A stretch of 64,000 nt of DNA from Macrostomum lignano (taxonomy: Eukaryota): positions 186,001-250,000 of the forward strand of contig NIVC01001546.1 of assembly GCA_002269645.1 (NCBI GenBank). The letters are read 5' to 3'. Under the pieces are notes generated by a model. It was not told the DNA's origin. It did not search any database and saw only the letters and a list, made by a program, of their open reading frames with translations. Below are positions 17,517-30,858 of the stretch, piece by piece; positions within the stretch are counted from its first letter, which is position 1, and each line of letters opens with the position of its first letter. The translations under genes were made by a program, and so were the position numbers.

Positions 17517-19315
17517 AGCTCAAAACTTTTACAAGATCAAAACTTCTACAAACTCGAAACTTCCACAAGCTCGAGACTTCTACAAACTCGAAACTTCTAC
17601 AAACTCGAAACTTCTACAAACTCGAAACTTCTACAAACTCGAAACTTCTACAAACTCGAAACTTCTACAAACTCGAAACTTCTACAAACTCGAAACTTCT
17701 ACAAGCTCAAAACTTCTACAAGCTCAAAACTTCTACAAACTCGAAACTTCTACAAGATCAAAACTTCTACAAACTCGAAACTTCTACAAGCTCAAAACTT
17801 CTACAAACTCGAAACTTCTACAAACTCGAAACTTCTACAAACTCGAAACTTCTACAAACTCGAAACTTCTACAAACTCGAAACTTCTACAAACTCGAAAC
17901 TTCTACAAACTCGAAACTTCTACAAGCTCAAAACTTCTACAAACTCGAAACTTCCACAAGCTCGAGACTTCTACAAACTCGAAACTTCTACAAGCTCGAA
18001 ACTTCTACAAACTCGAAACTTCTACAAGCTCAAAACTTCTACAAACTCGAAACTTCCACAAGCTCGAGACTTCTACAAACTCGAAACTTCTACAAACTCG
18101 AAACTTCCACAAGCTCGAGACTTCTACAAACTCGAAACTTCTACAAGCTCAAAACTTCTACAAACTCGAAACTTCTACAAGATCAAAACTTCTACAAACT
18201 CGAAACTTCTACAAGCTCAAAACTTCTACAAACTCGAAACTTCTACAAACTCGAAACTTCTACAAACTCGAAACTTCTACAAACTCGAAACTTCTACAAA
18301 CTCGAAACTTCTACAAACTCGAAACTTCTACAAACTCGAAACTTCTACAAACTCGAAACTTCTACAAGCTCAAAACTTCTACAAACTCGAAACTTCCACA
18401 AGCTCGAGACTTCTACAAACTCGAAACTTCTACAAGCTCGAAACTTCTACAAACTCGAAACTTCTACAAGCTCAAAACTTCTACAAACTCGAAACTTCCA
18501 CAAGCTCGAGACTTCTACAAACTCGAAACTTCTACAAACTCGAAACTTCCACAAGCTCGAGACTTCTACAAGCTCAAAACTTCTACAAACTCGAAACTTC
18601 TACAAACTCGAAACTTCTACAAACTCGAAACTTCTACAAGCTCAAAACTTCTACAAACTCGAAACTTCTACAAACTCGAAACTTCTACAAACTCGAAACT
18701 TCTACAAACTCGAAACTTCTACAAGCTCAAAACTTCTACAAGATCAAAACTTCTACAAACTCGAAACTTCTACAAACTCGAAACTTCTACAAACTCGAAA
18801 CTTCTACAAACTCGAAACTTCTACAAGCTCAAAACTTCTACAAGATCAAAACTTCTACAAACTCGAAACTTCTACAAGCTCAAAACTTCTACAAACTCGA
18901 AACTTCCACAAGCTCGAGACTTCTACAAACTCGAAACTTCTACAGGATCAAAACTTCTACAAACTCGAAACTTCTACAAACTCGAAACTTCTACAAACTC
19001 GAAACTTCTACAAGCTCAAAACTTCTACAAACTCGAAACTTCCACAAGCTCGAGACTTCTACAAACTCGAAACTTCTACAAGCTCGAAACTTCTACAAAC
19101 TCGAAACTTCTACAAGCTCAAAACTTCTACAAACTCGAAACTTCCACAAGCTCGAGACTTCTACAAACTCGAAACTTCTACAAACTCGAAACTTCCACAA
19201 GCTCGAGACTTCTACAAACTCGAAACTTCTACAAGCTCAAAACTTCTACAAACTCGAAACTTCTACAAACTCGAAACTTCTACAAACTCGAAACTTCTAC
19301 AGACTCGAGACTTCC
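17517..19315. repeat. 17-bp minisatellite (AAACTTCTACAAACTCG), ~1.8 kb
   Basis: Directly visible; the stop-free unit explains the 631-aa ORF. Confidence 0.97.
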
Positions 19316-19917
19316 AAAGCAGAAAATTGTGAATTTAGACGATATAAAATTTTGATGATTGACACATTTTTCATAGTAAAGTCGAGCTCAGGACAAAGAA
19401 AATATGTTTTCTACTTCTCAGAGCGTAATGCACAAGGCTATAATATTCGAGGCAAGTCCTCACCGCATGGCCTTAGCGTCGAAATCAATCAAACTGGGAA
19501 GTTGGGAGCTGTTCATCCTTGCCAGTCGATGCTTGCAAGAGACAGACGAAGCAAAATGATGATGAAAAACGGCTGCCTAACAGGGGGCGGGGGTTGCGGC
19601 ATGGAAGGGCTAAGCCTAGCTTAGCAAATTCTGGGAAACGACTCGGGAGGTTGTGGGTTGGGACTGAAAAAAAGATCGATTTCTTGGAATGGAGAGCTCC
19701 TCTTCTGTGAGTTTTGTGCGCATATGGTGGAGGCAGCTGGCAATTCCACTGCCTCGTTTTGTCGAGTTTTCCATTCTGTCTAAAAAGAAATTGTAGAATA
19801 ATGGCAGAGCTCGAACTTGGGTATAGAGAGAGAGAAATGAGAGAGGAAGGAGTGAACTAAATTGTAAGTCAGAGGGGGGAGACCAACGCTAAGATAAAGA
19901 GGAGAAAGACGTAGACG

Positions 19918-20730
19918 AGAAGGGAGAAGAGATGGAGAAGAGAAGAGAGAAAAGAGAACAGAGAGGTAGAAGAGATGGAGAAGAGAAGAGAGAAAAGAGA
20001 GCAGAGAGGTAGAAGAGATGAAGAAGAGAAGAGAGAAAAGAGAACAGAGAGGTAGAAGAGATGAAGAAGAGAAGAGAGAAAAGAGAACAGAGAGGTAGAA
20101 GAGATGGAGAAGAGAAGAGAGAAAAGAGAACAGAGAGGTAGAAGAGATGAAGAAGAGAAGAGAGAAAAGAGAACAGAGAGGTAGAAGAGATGAAGAAGAG
20201 AAGAGAGAAAAGAGAACAGAGAGGTAGAAGAGATGGAGAAGAGAAGAGAGAAAAGAGAGTAGAGAGGTAGAAGAGATGGAGAAGAGAAGAAAGAAAAGAG
20301 AGTAGAGAGGTAGAAGAGATGAAGAAGAGAAGAGAGAAAAGAGAGTAGAGAGGTAGAAGAGATGAAGAAGAGAAAAGAGAAAAGAGAGTAGAGAGGTAGA
20401 AGAGATGGAGAAGAGAAGAGAGAAAAGAGAACAGAGAGGTAGAAGAGATGGAGAAGAGAAGAGAGAAAAGAGAGTAGAGAGGTAGAAGAGATGAAGAAGA
20501 GAAGAGAGAAAAGAGAACAGAGAGGTAGAAGAGATGGAGAAGAGAAGAGAGAAAAGAGAACAGAGAGGTAGAAGAGATGGAGAAGAGAAGAGAGAAAAGA
20601 GAACAGAGAGGTAGAAGAGATGAAGAAGAGAAGAGAGAAAAGAAAGTAGAGAGGTAGAAGAGATGGAGAAGAGAAGAGAGAAAAGAGAGCAGAGAGGTAG
20701 AAGAGATGGAGAAGAGAAGAGAGAAAAGAA
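19918..20730. repeat. 43-bp almost pure polypurine minisatellite (AGAGAGGTAGAAGAGATGGAGAAGAGAAGAGAGAAAAGAGAAC)
   Basis: Directly visible. Confidence 0.96.
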
Positions 20731-21206
20731 GCAGTAACATGTATCCACATTCCATTTTTAAACGAGTTTCAAGTAAAGTACAAAAATATTGCCTGCTCTA
20801 ACTGAAACGATAACTCTAGACAGTCTCAACGGCATCGCCATAAAAGACTATGGACACTGACTGTTATGAGAAATATATTCTGGGGGAACAAGCCCTGCCC
20901 CCTCAGTGCATTTCTCTGCTTGCAGAGCCAGCGCTCTGTCCAGGTGTTGATCGAGGGGAGACGACAGATACTACAAGAAATTGGTCGATTTTTTGTCACT
21001 TCAGTTTAGATCTTACAGTGTGGACTTGGAAAATAAAGAAATTCTTTATTCAAACACCTAGCTCCCTCTGTCTTTAAGTGGATTGTGCCAAAAGTCTTCT
21101 TTTGTGGCTCTGGAAAAGAAAAAAGGAAGGCACGGCAGAGATAGGTTAGCTTAATACGAAGGCTAGATAAGGGTCAGAGAGGGTGAATGGGGCCGTTTGG
21201 AGACTA

Positions 21207-21700
21207 GAGAGAGATCAGGGAGGGCAGAGAGAGATCAGGGAGGGCAGAGAGAGATCAGGGAGGGCAGAGAGAGATCAGGGAGGGCAGAGAGAGATCAGAG
21301 AGGGCAGAGAGAGATCAGAGAGGGCAGAGAGAGAGAGATCAGGGAGGGCAGAGAGAGATCAGGGAGGGCAGAGAGAGATCAGGGAGGGCAGAGAGAGATC
21401 AGGGAGGGCAGAGAGAGATCAGGGAGGGCAGAGAGAGATCAGGGAGGGCAGAGAGAGATCAGGGAGGGCAGAGAGAGATCAGTGAGGGCAGAGAGAGATC
21501 AGGGAGGGCAGAGAGAGATCAGGGAGGGCAGAGAGAGATCAGGGAGGGCAGAGAGAGATCAGGGAGGGCAAAGAGAGATCAGGGAGGGCAGAGAGAGATC
21601 AGGGAGGGCAGAGAGAGATCAGGGAGGGTAGAGAGAGATCAGGGAGGGCAGAGAGAGATCAGGGAGGGCAGAGAGAGATCAGGGAGGGCAGAGAGAGATC
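21207..21700. repeat. 20-bp purine-rich minisatellite (AGGGAGGGCAGAGAGAGATC)
   Basis: Directly visible. Confidence 0.96.
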
Positions 21701-22074
21701 ACTCATAAAAGCTAAAGCCGCCACAATCCCCGGTGCCCCCCCCCCCTCATAATCCGCACTGGGCAGATTCGTCTTCCATTCGTGACTGAAAAGAATTTTC
21801 AGAGTGTCAGGAACTGTGGAATGGCAAGTCAAAAAAAACGAATGAAACAGTTTTGCCAGTTGGACTTTTTCCCCTGATCGATCGGGCGCTAATTCTTCCC
21901 ATTTTAAATTCTTCCCCTTGGCCAATTAGAAATTCCTAGGGAGAAATCCCCTTCTGTTTTAAAACCGTAGCGATTCCAGATTTCAGATGAACCCAGACCT
22001 TGAAATACAGAAACCTGCTGTATGGCATGTCAAGCACTAAGTCTGCAAAATAATATTGCACCCGTCTAATGTGT

Positions 22075-22960
22075 GCTGATGATTGGTGCCAGAAATATGG
22101 AGATGATGATTATCGGTGTCAGAAATGTGGAGATGATGATTATCGGTGTCAGAAATATGGAGATGATGATTATCGGTCTCAGAAATATGGAGATGATGAT
22201 TATCGGTGTCAGAAATATGGAGATGATGATTATCGGCGTCAGAAATATGGAGATGATGATTATCGGTGTCAGAAATATTGAGATGATGATTATCGGTGTC
22301 AGAAATGTGGAGATGATGATTATCGGTGTCAGAAATGTGGAGATGATGATTATCGGTGTCAGAAATATGGAGATGATGGTTATCGATGTCAGAAATGTCA
22401 GATAATGATGATTATCGGCGTCAGAAATATGGAGATGATGATTATAGGTGTCAGAAATGTCATAGATGATGATTATCGGTGTCAGAAATATGGAGATGAT
22501 GATTATCGGTGTCAGAAATATGGAGATGATGATTATCGGTGTCAGAAATATGGAGATGATGATTATCGGTGTCAGAAATATTGAGATGATGATTATCGGT
22601 GTCAGAAATGTGGAGATGATGGTTATCGATGTCAGAAATGTCAGATAATGATGATTATCGGCGTCAGAAATATGGAGATGATGATTATAGGTGTCAGAAA
22701 TGTCATAGATGATGATTATCGATCTCAGAAATGTCAGATAATGATGATTATAGGTGTCAGTAATGTGGAGATGATGATTATCGGTGTCAGAAATGTGGAG
22801 ATAATGATTATCGGCGTCAGAAATATGGATATGATGATTATCGGTGTCAAAAATATTGAGATGATGATTATCGGTGTCAGAAATATGGATATGATGATTA
22901 TCGGTGTCAAAAATATTGAGATGATGATTATCGGTGTCAAAAATATTGAGATGATGATTT
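22075..22960. repeat. 30-bp minisatellite (TATCGGTGTCAGAAATATGGAGATGATGAT)
   Basis: Directly visible, with occasional indel variants. Confidence 0.95.
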
Positions 22961-24530
22961 AACTCTGCCAAAAATTTTTTTCAATGTCCAAGTCAGATAT
23001 TGGTTGGCGCCAAAAACATTAGGAAGAATAGCGCCAAACAGAATGTCATTGGCGCCAACCAATATGTACTTTTATGAACAACAACTCATTGCTGCCTGCG
23101 AATCCACGCCTTGGTCCTTGAGGAGTATATTTCTAAGAAAGCGCTTTCTAAGAATCTCGCTAACCTTAAGCAAAGCTGCGCACGACTACTCCGCAAGGCT
23201 ACAGAGAACGCGTTGTGACTCCGCTGGAGTGACGGCTTCAGCCCGCATGGTTGAATGGGAAAAATTTGGCTGCAAAGGTTGCCTGGGTATTGAATGTCTG
23301 CGCTGCTCCTTGATGAGGCTGGTGGATGCTGGGTCGGGGGAGCAGCTTCCGGTTTTCCTCTTGGCTAGGCCCCACACTTCCTATCAGCTCTCGTCACCTC
23401 CCAGTCTATCTTCGACCTTGAAGTCTCGTGGAGTGCTTCGCTTCGCAGCAGCTGTCTCCTTCTCTATTCTAATGACTAACACAGACTTGCACTTTCACTA
23501 AGAGAATCAGCAAAGCGGATTATTAAAAAAATCACTTCCGGAAATCCCAAGCGAGAACTCCGACCCGAGACAAGTACACAAACGCGTGACACTCACGCAG
23601 GAGTGCACAGCGGCCCTGACTTTATTTATCGGGCGTTAATTGCACCTCTGACACCTGACACTGACACCTCTTAAATCTGCATCACATCACTGACAACCCA
23701 TGCTGCATCAGAAGCTGCTGGAAAATCTCACTGGAACTGGTCGCCAGCGAGCAGCTAAAATCGTGGCAATTCGATCTTCCATGCCTATTGCTCAACCCAC
23801 TGAAAATAAGAGATGATTTTTTCTCGCAATTTCCTGTCAAAAGCCCTACTCGACAACAAAGCCGTCAAGCCCTCAAAAGCATTCGACATGCGACACCACT
23901 GTACCCTCAAGCACTCAAAACACATGCGGAGTGCAGACCTAATGGATTCCTGACTGAATCCTACTGTGCTAATACACTTCTGACCTCGATTGGTTTGAAT
24001 CATTTCATCCTAACTGGTCATACCAGGGGTCATGCAGCGCTCTGTCCCCTGTGCGATAGTCTAGATAAGCAAAAATGCTAAAAATAGTAGAAAATAATGC
24101 TGAACTTATAAATATTCAACACTCTCTGACTGTATTTACACACTAAAGAAGTTTTTGATCTATGAGCGTCCATGAACTCATCATCATCATCACTCAGCGC
24201 TGAGCCGGCTCCGGCATCAGTGTCATCTGTCCCAGCCCAGAATGTAAAAATACCCCCCAAAATCCTTAGCAGGAAATGAAGATGAATTTGCGTGGGATCA
24301 AAGGGTGCAGGGTCGAAAGGACTGCAGGAGAGGAAGGTGGGTAGTACGAAGGGGAATTCTGGTCAGAGGAATCAGATCATGACGTTAATAGGTTCGCGGC
24401 ATCAAGAGGTTGGTTAGCCGTGTGCAGCCTGCTGGCGGGAACAGGATGAAGGAATAATCAGCTGGGTGGGATAGTGAAGGACATGAGGCACTGGTAATTA
24501 TCCGCCTGGCTTCCTGCGCCCACAGGGCCC

Positions 24531-25792
<1,262 letters not shown>

Positions 25793-27640
25793 AAAGAAGT
25801 ATCAAAGTTTTAATCGAGAAGCCGTTCGCAGCAAATCACTGGAATTCAACCTTCAATTTGCTATCAAGTGGTGCAGTTGAGGCATAAGTAAGCTGAGCTA
25901 GAATAGTGTAGTGGCTGACGCTACTCAGCCAGCCCGCCTGTCAGCAGCTCAACTTCGCTCCAGCTCCCATGGGATCTCAATGGCCAAGCGGTCGGCAGGG
26001 GGGTAGCGGCTGCCAATTAGAGCAGTATTTTTAATCTGCTCTTCATGAAGAGAAGGGAGAGTGAGAGGACAGAGAATGGGCGAGAATGAGACTTGGCCTC
26101 TCGGTGAGAGAGAGTTAAAAAAGTGCAAGCGTGGCAAAAAATCAATAGCCCGATTGCTTGGCATGCGGTGTACTGCCAGGCTCATGGAAATTTGCGATTT
26201 TTTTCTCTCAGTCAAGTTTCAAACACGACGTAACTACTGTACATGCCAGATTCTTGAGAAACTAACGATAATACCTAATTCTATAGCTAATCATAAATCC
26301 AGTACTGACTCCAACCAGTTGCCATCGAACTATATCATAATCATAATCATAATCTATCCTAGTTATTCCTAACACTAATCTTTATCTAACTCCAAATCGT
26401 ATTCCTAATACCAGTCTGGTTCCTAATCCTAATCCCAATATAGGCTCTGACTTATACCTTATAGTGGCTCATAAAATACTTGTAATTAATATCAAAAGCC
26501 AACCATAAATTTTGGTCTTGCCCATAGACATATAGACACTGTCGGTAAAACTGCAACCAAGTTGATAAGTTTGGCCATAGACATCAGCACTAAGAAGGCT
26601 GATCAACTGGCTAATCTCCATTTGCTGCAACAGCAGCCACTCTCGGCCATAGACAATAAAGTCAATCGAGTTGATAAAATCCCAATCAAGTTGACAGCTC
26701 AAGCTTGACAGCAGTTTAAGACGGTCCTGTCTGGCTGAAAGTCAAAATACAAGCGATTACTGCAGGCGGCTTGTGGACATCCGGGTGCAACACCTTGGGT
26801 GACGTCCACCCCCCCCCATTCCCACAACCAGGCACAACCAGTGCACAGCAGCCCTGACTTTCTATAGTCTGGCATGTACACCCTCTGTGCCTTGGGGGTT
26901 GGGCCCTGAATGGCACGACAGCCCACCGGCCAAGCTAGTGTTTTAGTAGTCCCTGGATCATACCAATCAAATTTCAATTTTTCCCCTGAATAACAAGGAG
27001 TCAGATACAAAACTCAGTTTTAGATCTACACTATAATATATAATCCTAATCTCTCTTATCGATAAAAAATTCAAGTAAAACTTAAAAATACCAATTGAAG
27101 TCGTATTTCTAATTGTGCGTACCTTAGTACTACCGTCACATATGCTGGAAAACTGAAGTCCATGAAACAAGGACAACATGCTCTCTGATCGGGCTACATT
27201 ACTGCTCAATTTATTTCAGCTTGAGCTGAAACCATCTCTCATCCATCCCCTTCTCCCTCTTTCTCCATCTCGCGAGACCAGTCAAGCAAACTCTCTGTGC
27301 ACGCTACAGACACGAACTTTGGAGGTAAATCGAGGAGCCTCTGAGGGCCCCGGTGCAGTACAACAGGGGAAAATGTTTTTTTTGCATCCCATTTTCCTGG
27401 CATTTTTCTGCTCGGCTTCACTCGCTCAGACTTGCTCTTGTTAAACCGAAAGCAATGGATGCAAATGTCTTTAAGCTGCCGCTTGGCCAAGTGAAAAGCA
27501 GGTAAACCCAGTTGGAAAACTGCTCTTTTCTGGGGACAACACGACTGCCAAGGCTGTGTTAATAATTCACGATGACTGATAGCCCTGCTGCCATGATGAT
27601 GCACATGGTGGCCAGTGTGGGAGGAACTGACGCTTCTAGC

Positions 27641-28171
<531 letters not shown>

Positions 28172-29409
28172 GAAAAATTTATTTCTATCAAAAGCTAGAC
28201 AGCTAGAAGGCACTTCAAGCCTTAGACGTGTTTGCAGCCAACTTTGAGGGAATTTCGCTTATTTTCCTGTTCCTAGCAAACAGGAAATCTATTTATGATA
28301 ACTGAATTGGGGAATGACATTTTGTTGCTCCAAGCTTTCTCGATACTTCTCAAACAGGCAGAGAGCTGCTCCAACAGTACTGTACACGATCAGATCTGGT
28401 AACGCAATATTTCTACTGCATTTACGAGCTACGCACCTCTCTGCCTATTTCTATCCCTTTAAAATTGGAATTGCTTTTAACGCTAAAACTGAATGAGAGG
28501 ATGACTGTTTTAGGAAGAGTATAGCATTAGCTAAGGAGATGAGATGATATGAGAATTGAAATAATAAGCCAGAGCGTCTGTACTGTACATAACTATGGAA
28601 TCGAGAGAGGTGACTCTGTCTTGCGCTAAAATTAGAATGTTTTTTTCAGTTCTTAAGCTCGTAGCTGAAGTGCATTTTTCGCTTTTTTTTCAAATCACGA
28701 TTCAGTTTGAGGGGAATCAAGGTCAGTAGAGGAGCTAATTTTGAGTAGGTGAGACTTAACGCTGGAGTCACCTCTTCCGAGCCTGAGCTGATGCAGGCAC
28801 TTTTACTTCAACGCTGATTTATCTCTAGTAAATTGAAAAGTGTAATTTTTCACACATTAGCGGCACAAACCCAGTGACCAGACCTTTTGAATTTGTGAAG
28901 CAGACGCAGACTCGATGACCCCAGAAGGCATGGTGGAAGCCCTAATTAAAACAAAATCGAATTATTCTGGCATGTAATTTTTTCACTGTGAATTTTTTTA
29001 AATGCCCAAAGCATCTGAACTGTCAGCTGATGCCGACTTGCTGCTTCAAATTTGCTGGTCAAGAATTGGATTAGGACTAATAGGGAGAAAAATCGAGGAT
29101 TAAACTCCAGGGAGCCTGTGAGTACAGCTGAAAGTTCAATCATTAAATATTTAGCCTACCAGCAATGGTGATGAGCCAATAGGAACAAAAGCGTGAAATG
29201 ACACAACTGAGAGGAACGGTTTGAGGAAGAGGAATGGAGGAAGGGCCCCGTGCGGATCCCATAAATGCTGCATGAGGCTCCCATGCATTGCTCTACGAAC
29301 TACAAGCAGCCCTAGCTCATCACCAGCTGTACAGAATCGACAGAAAGAATGATGCCCGAAAAATGCAGGGTTAAAAAATGAGTGCACATACATGTAGAGT
29401 TACAGTTTG

Positions 29410-30140
29410 TAATATAGCATTTTTCAAGCCAATTGAGCCTAGGAGCAAGCAATTTAATCCTTAGTGGGAAAATCAACCTATTGAAGACTTGATTTTCATC
29501 GTCTATGGCCCGAAAGGGGGTCTATGGAGCAACCAATTTGAGAATCTGGGCGCGCAATTAATCCTTTTCACAGTGCTCGTATATCCTTCACGAATAACTT
29601 CACTGAAAAACGTCTGCAAATAGATGGCATATCAAAAAACGATTGACATTAGCACTTTGATTTCAGAGAAACCAATCAAAACAGGCCCGTGATTTCATAG
29701 CGACGCCTGATAGAATACACAGCTTTTCTCTTTACGTCCAGCCATCGCGAAATGTGCTCAGCACTATCACCTCTCTCGATGGCAGCGACAATCAGGTCGT
29801 ACTTTTCATTGCTTATCTTGCGATAGGGTTCTTGCCCTGCAGGAATCTGCTCATCCACTGCATCTTGTGCTGTAGCAAAACTTTCGTCACTGCTCTGCTC
29901 GCTAAATTATTCGTCTGCCATATCCATGTTTGTCTAATGAAATCTGCTGTTTTCTATGGTTTAAGGCTTGCACAACTATGGAAAGGATTGATTGCGCGCC
30001 CAGATTCTCAAATTGGTTGCTTCATAGACCCCCCTTTCGGGCCATAGACGATGAAAAGCAAGTCTTCAATAGGTTGGTTTTCCCACTAAGGATTAAATTG
30101 CTTGCTCCTAGGCTCAATTGGCTTGAAAAATGCTATATTA
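29410..30140 (-). mobile_element. Non-autonomous Tc1/mariner-like DNA transposon (internally deleted), copy 1
   Basis: ~160-bp inverted repeats (~29410-29570 and ~29978-30140; TAATATAGCATTTTTCAAGCC... and ...GGCTTGAAAAATGCTATATTA) with TA at both outer ends. They enclose a truncated ORF resembling the N-terminal HTH of IS630-Tc1-mariner transposases. Confidence 0.78.
29676..29927 (-). pseudogene. Truncated transposase-like HTH fragment with in-frame TAA at 29909-29907
   Basis: MDMADE*FSEQSSDESFATAQDAVDEQIPAGQEPYRKISNEKYDLIVAAIERGDSAEHISRWLDVKRKAVYSIRRRYEITGLF*. The I-x-x-x-L-x-V-x-R-x-x-V-x-x-I-x-x-RY-x-x-TG pattern is typical of Tc1-family HTH domains. No DDE domain is present. Confidence 0.7.
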
Positions 30141-30858
30141 CGAGTATTACATGCGTTAACCACTGGAAAAGGAATCAATTATTTTAGAGCGGATTTTGCT
30201 CGATCGAATTCGTCTATGGCAAAACCTCTTCCGGCGCTATGCGTTCGCAAGAGATCATACTGAATTTCTAAGAAAATCGAGCGCAGTTTCCTTTTACTAA
30301 TAGTTGTCGGTTACGCAAATTTTAGTAAATAAAATAACACATAGAATTTACCGTTTGCTTCGATGTTGCTTATGTCAATGAAAATTTAACGAATCGACGA
30401 TAGACGGTTGAAATGAAAAAAAACTGGTCTCAATTGCTTCTAACTATTGCTGTCTGTTCGCGCACATTATATATATGGAGAGAGCGGTTGGGACTGTAAA
30501 ATCCTCCCAGTGATATAGGGCGTAGAAATAGAGTAAGAGATCCCATAGGAGAAGAGGGGAAAATGGGGCTGGAAGCCAAGGAACGCCATTGGTGGACAAT
30601 CATAGCGTGTAGGGACTTTACGTCTGGATTTGGAATCCTTTCCTTCGTTTTAACGGTTCTATACCCTAAATTTTTTTATAACTCAGCACAGACACGAAAT
30701 AACCCTCAACGAAACTTGTGAATTTTTATCGGAATTCTGCTATATAAGTCTTAAAGACACTGTAAAGTGCTTGATGCTTCACAGGTGTAATGCACTTTTA
30801 GATGATTGGTCACTTTGTGGTGTCAAATTTGGTCCATATCTTCCAAGAATTCAACATG

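Noticed and set aside
17460-19355. 631-aa ATG-to-stop ORF (LETSTNSKLLQTRNFYK repeats)
   Set aside because: The 17-bp unit is not a multiple of 3 and is stop-free, so frames rotate; no sign of codon-level constraint.
22066-22971. (KYGDDDYRCQ)n peptide resembling a secreted repeat protein or neuropeptide precursor
   Set aside because: The frame is broken by TGA variants and indels after 7 units; no signal peptide or dibasic processing pattern.
23380-23700. ETAAAKRSTPRDFKVED fragment (gypsy integrase C-terminus-like) and an LTR-like segment
   Set aside because: Too short, flanked by stops, in the wrong order relative to the LTR-like segment, and no second LTR.
24078-24260. Acidic peptide SDDDDEFMDAH resembling an FFAT motif
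   Set aside because: Isolated and derived from a (GAT)n run; splice sites are weak and I found no partner exons.
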